Assembly: GCA_963843455.1 (NCBI GenBank)
Contig: CAWJKE010000009.1
Location: forward strand, 3,691 to 67,690
From: an uncultured Actinomycetota bacterium
Lineage (GTDB): Bacteria > Actinomycetota > Thermoleophilia > RBG-16-64-13
Length of the DNA stretch: 64,000 nt
Direction: 5' to 3'
A program made the translations under genes and the position numbers. A model generated the notes under the pieces. The model had not been told where the DNA came from, made no database searches, and worked only from the letters and a program-made list of their open reading frames with translations. This document shows, one piece after another, positions 59,961 through 64,000 of this stretch; position 1 is the stretch's first letter; each line of letters starts with the position of its first letter.

Positions 59961-60464
59961 GTGGGGGCCGGCCGAGCGTCCCGGCTGACGGTTTCGGCGG
60001 CGACATCCCGTGCTCGGCCTCCGGCCTTCTGGAGCCGTACGGCACCCGGATCACGATCCAGCCCACTTCGCAGAACCTCGATCCGGAGCAGTTCCTCGTC
60101 ACGCTTCTGGAGGATCTCGCGGCTGGGTGCCTTGCCTCCGGGGCCTCCGTGATCGGTCATCTCAAGTGCCTGTTCCACATGCCTGGCAGCGTGCTGGTCT
60201 GCAATCTGACGTCGATGCGGTCCGGGGCGACATGTACCGGCCAAATGCAGAGCTCGGGAGGCACGCTCGCCGCTGGTTCCGGGCGAAGGCGCGTGCCTGG
60301 CTCTGACCGTTCTGGTGTACGGCCTGCCGGCCGCAAGGATCGACACGCTGCTCCGCGAAAGTCTCGGCCGGCTGTTGGACCCGCGAGGCGTGACTTGGTC
60401 GCTTCGCCCCGCTCTGCGAACCGCAGGCCAAAACTCCATAGGCGCCGGACGACGCGTGGCTTGA
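59957..60464 (+). CDS. Cys/His-containing hypothetical partner of the G3E GTPase; probable frameshift about 60240-60295
   Basis: GC..SGA.VIGHLKC..CNLTS, then LALTVLVYGLP..IDTLLRE..stop 60464 in another frame; GTGA overlap with the GTPase. Confidence 0.55.
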
Positions 60465-60520
60465 CCGCTCCGCTACTGCGCCGGTGCGGTCGGCCAAAGA
60501 TCATGGCGCGGGCGGTCGTT

Positions 60521-60559
60521 TTGGCAAAAGCAGCACAGGGGCGATAGAGTGGTGAACCA
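60521..60559 (+). promoter_or_regulatory. Putative promoter with FadR-type operator upstream of the SBP gene
   Basis: TTGGCA-18nt-TAGAGT followed by TGGTGAACCA just before the RBS. Confidence 0.4.
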
Positions 60560-60572
60560 GGAGGAGGCAGTA

Positions 60573-61928
60573 ATGAAGAGAGGGTATTGGATAGCCCTGG
60601 GACTGATCCTGGTGCTCGGCCTCGGTCTGTTCGCCGCTGGGTGCGCCGGGATGGGGGAGATCACCACGACAACGGGGCCGACCACCACCGCAGGGCCCCC
60701 CGGGCCTTCCACGGACACGCCCGCCGCGCCGTCGACCGAGACGACGACGGCAGACACTACTCCGCTCAGATTCGGCATCGCGATCTCGCTCACCGGCGAA
60801 AGCGCCGCTCCGTGCGCGCAGATCAAGCAGGCCCTCGATACCGAGGCCAGGTACATCAATACCAATGGCGGGATCAACGGCCGCCAGGTCGAGATGACCT
60901 ACGTCGACGACCAGTCCAAGATGGACACGGCAGTAGCCGCCGTCCAATCTCTGGCCGACCAGAAGATGGACGTCATCATCGGCCCGTTCCCGCAATCGAC
61001 CCAGGCTCCCACCCGGCCGATCACGGAGCAGGCAGGCATTCTTCACCTGACCTTTGGCCCGCCGACCCTGGCCGAACTGAATGAGGATCACACCAAGTAC
61101 GTGTACACCTTCGCACCGGGCACCGGCCCCGACGGTTGCTCGGACGCCTTCCTCAAAGAAATGGTAGCGGATGGCAAGAAGAACGTTCTGGGCATCGGCG
61201 ATCAGATGGTCATCAGCCAGGAGACCCTGAAGGTGCTCAAAAAGAGTCTGGCCACCACGGGTGTGAAATTCACCCTCATGACCGACAGTTGGAGCCTCGG
61301 TGAGACCGACGTCACCCCGACCGCCAACAAGATCGCCGCCAAAGCCAAAGAACTGAAGGCCGACGCGATCATCCTCGCCAGCAACGCGGAGCACGTAAAT
61401 CAGATGACCAAGATCCTCAGGAGTCTCGGGGTCAAGGCGCCCGTCTACAACCAGGCGTCCGGTGCTTACCCGCTGGTCCTGCTGGCTCCTGCCGACAACG
61501 ACCCGGCCAACGTCGCCGGCGATTTCGCCTTCGGCCCGGCCATCGTCAATCCTGCCGTTATCACCGATACTTACCCCGCCAAAGCCGACCTGGTCGCTTT
61601 TGTAGAGCGGTGGAAGGCCGACAACCCGAAAGAACCGTTCGCCAGCCTCTTCTTGGGCTTCGGTTACGACACGATCCACCTGGCCGAGCAGGCCATCAAG
61701 AGTGCCGAGACGCAGGATCAGGCCGGTTGGGCCGCTGCCATGGAGAAGGTCGATTGGTGGGGTGCCCAGGGACACTACGTGTTCTCGGACGCCGACCATG
61801 TGGGCAACCACGGTGGCTTCATGCAGTGGCAGTACACAGTGGACCAGGGCTTCAAGTTCGTTCGCGACCTGAACTCGATAGCTCCCCTCGACCCAGCGAC
61901 GACCGCCGCTGTGGCGTCCCTCAAGTAA
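60573..61928 (+). CDS. ABC substrate-binding lipoprotein (LivJ-like, type 1 PBP)
   Basis: Lipobox FAAGC, Thr/Pro linker, INTNGGINGRQVE..YVDDQS, LGYDT..L..AI. Confidence 0.88.
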   Translation: MKRGYWIALGLILVLGLGLFAAGCAGMGEITTTTGPTTTAGPPGPSTDTPAAPSTETTTADTTPLRFGIAISLTGESAAPCAQIKQALDTEARYINTNGGINGRQVEMTYVDDQSKMDTAVAAVQSLADQKMDVIIGPFPQSTQAPTRPITEQAGILHLTFGPPTLAELNEDHTKYVYTFAPGTGPDGCSDAFLKEMVADGKKNVLGIGDQMVISQETLKVLKKSLATTGVKFTLMTDSWSLGETDVTPTANKIAAKAKELKADAIILASNAEHVNQMTKILRSLGVKAPVYNQASGAYPLVLLAPADNDPANVAGDFAFGPAIVNPAVITDTYPAKADLVAFVERWKADNPKEPFASLFLGFGYDTIHLAEQAIKSAETQDQAGWAAAMEKVDWWGAQGHYVFSDADHVGNHGGFMQWQYTVDQGFKFVRDLNSIAPLDPATTAAVASLK

Positions 61929-61943
61929 ACGAGGAGGGGCGAT

Positions 61944-62801
61944 ATGCTCAAGTTCATGCTCGCGGCGAGGCGCAGGCCCGATACGCCCCAGCAGCGCTAT
62001 TTCTACGAGTGGGGCATCATCCACGTCTCGTTGATGCTGCAGACGCCATCGGTCATGGACAGCTTTCGCCGCTACGTGCAGCACTACTCCATCAGCGGGA
62101 TCGACGACGACATGCTCATCTACCCGCTATCCCCAATGGCCTGGGACAACATGGCCGACCACGTGGTCGACGACTACGAGGCCATCGGCCTTCCTTTCAA
62201 GGACCAGGACTACCCGAACCGCATGCAGCCACACAAGTTCGGCGACGACGCTTTCGCCGTGGAACTGCTCGACTGGGAGACGCTCTTCGAGGAGGACGGC
62301 TTCTACGCCGGCGGGGTCAAGCTCATCCACTGGCTGCGCAAACGCCCTGAGTTGTCATACGACGAATTCAACGCCGCCTGGCGGGCGCACGGCCAGAAGA
62401 TGGTCCGCGAAGCACCGCCCGGTCTGATCCGCAAGCTGGTCATCGACAAGCACGTGCCCATGGACCCGTCGGTCTTCAAAGGGACGCTGTTCGAGTTCGG
62501 CAACGTGGGCCACTACGCCGGGGTGGAGGAGATCTGGTTCCGGGATGTGGACGATCTGGCGTTCCTCCGCCGGGACCCCGCCTTGTACCGGACGTTGCGC
62601 GACAGCTACGACACGTTCGTGGACCGCGTCGACACCTTCGCCATGGTCACCACCGAGCGTGTGATCTACGACTTCATCACTCCGGGGCATGTCTCGCCGA
62701 GGGCGTCAGTGCTCATCCCCGGCACGCTGGAGGCCGAGGTCGATAAGCAGGGATACCAAGGGTGGAACGTCCCGGGCTGGGACAACGACCTGTACAAATA
62801 G
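61944..62801 (+). CDS. EthD-like protein with two alpha/beta-barrel repeats
   Basis: RRRPD..F..W..H..YVQHY and LRKRPELSYDEF..W..H..YAGVEEIWF. Confidence 0.65.
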   Translation: MLKFMLAARRRPDTPQQRYFYEWGIIHVSLMLQTPSVMDSFRRYVQHYSISGIDDDMLIYPLSPMAWDNMADHVVDDYEAIGLPFKDQDYPNRMQPHKFGDDAFAVELLDWETLFEEDGFYAGGVKLIHWLRKRPELSYDEFNAAWRAHGQKMVREAPPGLIRKLVIDKHVPMDPSVFKGTLFEFGNVGHYAGVEEIWFRDVDDLAFLRRDPALYRTLRDSYDTFVDRVDTFAMVTTERVIYDFITPGHVSPRASVLIPGTLEAEVDKQGYQGWNVPGWDNDLYK

Positions 62802-62850
62802 GAGAGCAGGTTCGCGCCCAGGGTCGCGCCCCGGGCGCAGGCCGGCCGGG

Positions 62851-63621
62851 CTAGTAGCGCTCTGAGCGTTCTATGCCGGCGACGGCGAGGGCCCTGTCTA
62901 CCAGCTCCTCGACCAGGATGATGTGACCGGCCATCCGGACACGAGCTGCCTCGGCATCCCGATTGCGGATCGCTTCGATGATCAATTGGTGGCTCTCGTG
63001 CACTTCGTGCGGCCTGTTCTCGAGACGGTCGAGGGCTATCGGCACGAAGAGGTCTCCCCGGGCCGACATCATGGCCCGCTCGAGCCGGGGGCTGCGGGCG
63101 GCGCGGGCGATCGCCCTGTGAATGTCGATGTCGGTGCGGAAAAGGGACGACCAGTCCTGCGGCTGGCGCTCTGTCGCCACCGCCCTTTCCATAGCCCGCA
63201 GGTCTTCTTCGGAGCGACGCTCCGCCGCTAGGGCAGCCAACTTCGATTCAATGGTCGCGCGGAACTCGAATATGTCGTCGAGCTCGCCCGCGTGCTCCTT
63301 CATCCATTGGTTCCAGCACCGCGATAGCGAGCCTGCGTCGGCCACTCGGGAACCGCCCCGCGAACCGCGCGTAGTGACTATGTAGCCGGTGCTTTCCAGC
63401 GCCTTCAGAGCCAAGCGGAGGGTCATGCGGGATATGCCCAAGCGCGCGCCCAGGTCTCTCTCGGGCGGGAGCTTGTCGTCGGGCCCCAGTTCGCCGGAGA
63501 AGATCAGCGCCCGCAAGAAACGGACGGCGCTGTCGCTGGCCGTCTCGGTCTCGAGAGCGATATCAGGGGCCGTCTGGGATGCGCTTTCCACATGAACCCC
63601 GCTGTTCGCAGCCTTTGGCAT
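62851..63621 (-). CDS. FadR/GntR transcriptional regulator
   Basis: LPPERDLGARLGISRMTLRLAL, FEFR..IE..AA.AA.RR, D..HRAIA.AA.S. Confidence 0.92.
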   Translation of the reverse strand: MPKAANSGVHVESASQTAPDIALETETASDSAVRFLRALIFSGELGPDDKLPPERDLGARLGISRMTLRLALKALESTGYIVTTRGSRGGSRVADAGSLSRCWNQWMKEHAGELDDIFEFRATIESKLAALAAERRSEEDLRAMERAVATERQPQDWSSLFRTDIDIHRAIARAARSPRLERAMMSARGDLFVPIALDRLENRPHEVHESHQLIIEAIRNRDAEAARVRMAGHIILVEELVDRALAVAGIERSERY

Positions 63622-63690
63622 ATAGTGATACCACTATACCAAAGCCCTTGAGCTTGACAAGAAGGTTCAAACATCTACTATATAGACCAA
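63621..63690. promoter_or_regulatory. Divergent promoter region with palindromic operator
   Basis: TATAGTG-atac-CACTATA (63621-63638) abutting the FadR start; TTGACA (63654) - 16 nt - TACTAT on + strand. Confidence 0.6.
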
Positions 63691-63813
63691 TAATCAAACG
63701 GTCGCGAAGGCGCCGCGCTGATACCCGCTTCACGCTCGGCGTCGCTTGGGCTTGAAGCCAAAGGTTTAAAGAGCTACCATTAGACATATCCGATATGCGA
63801 TGTGGGAGACGCT

Positions 63814-64000
63814 GTGGCCATAGACATTATCCAAGCCGCTCTGGCCGCCGGGAAGTCGGCACTGGACGAATGGGAGTCAAAGAGGCTCTTCGCTGCGTAC
63901 GGCATCCCGGTACCGGCCGGGGCGCTGGTGGCAAGCGAAGCCCAAGCCGTTGAGGCCGCCGGCAGGATCGGCGGCAAAGTGGTCATGAAGGGTGTCGCCT
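63814..64000 (+). CDS. ADP-forming acyl/acetate-CoA ligase, ATP-grasp (beta) domain, 3'-truncated
   Basis: My translation: VAIDIIQAALAAGKSALDEWESKRLFAAYGIPVP...AVEAAGRIGGKVVMK. Confidence 0.8.
   Translation, partial: MAIDIIQAALAAGKSALDEWESKRLFAAYGIPVPAGALVASEAQAVEAAGRIGGKVVMKGVA

Noticed and set aside
48835-64000. Integrative element at tRNA-Thr
   Set aside because: No integrase, transposase or duplicated tRNA 3' end seen in the window

Overview
GC-rich bacterial window, probably from an anaerobic Thermoleophilia-like actinobacterium. That is an inference from the STAS-topA-tmk-holB-PSP1 gene order, Thr-rich lipoproteins and anaerobic enzymes. About 1-18.7 kb is a redox-catabolic block. It holds three Mo/W-pterin enzyme families (aldehyde:ferredoxin oxidoreductase, an acetylene-hydratase-like enzyme, a pyrogallol-transhydroxylase-like AthL/AthB pair), a MoaD-like carrier, a UroD-family protein, two OYE/FAD flavoenzymes, two paralogous MFS transporters and an SDR. 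About 18.7-26.5 kb has tag, phosphoketolase, TauE/DUF1634, a CaCA antiporter, an apparent FadR + degenerate Cof-HAD fusion and tatC. About 26.8-37.1 kb is an 11-subunit complex I (nuoABCDHIJKLMN, no EFG). About 37-45 kb is housekeeping, including an archaeal-type topoisomerase IA. About 45-64 kb is accessory. It contains a stand-alone CarH-type B12-binding protein coupled to an ABC exporter, tRNA-Thr(CGT), pgm and a MoxR/DUF58 operon. It also has two tandem lipoproteins, each with two chagasin (I42)-like domains joined by a mucin-like Thr linker, a candidate structured RNA leader, a split CobW-type GTPase, and an SBP/EthD/FadR/acyl-CoA ligase module. Many single-base frameshifts cluster in the first 9 kb and are most likely assembly errors. 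No CRISPR array, transposase or prophage was seen. All family calls come from motif recognition and remembered sequences, not database searches.
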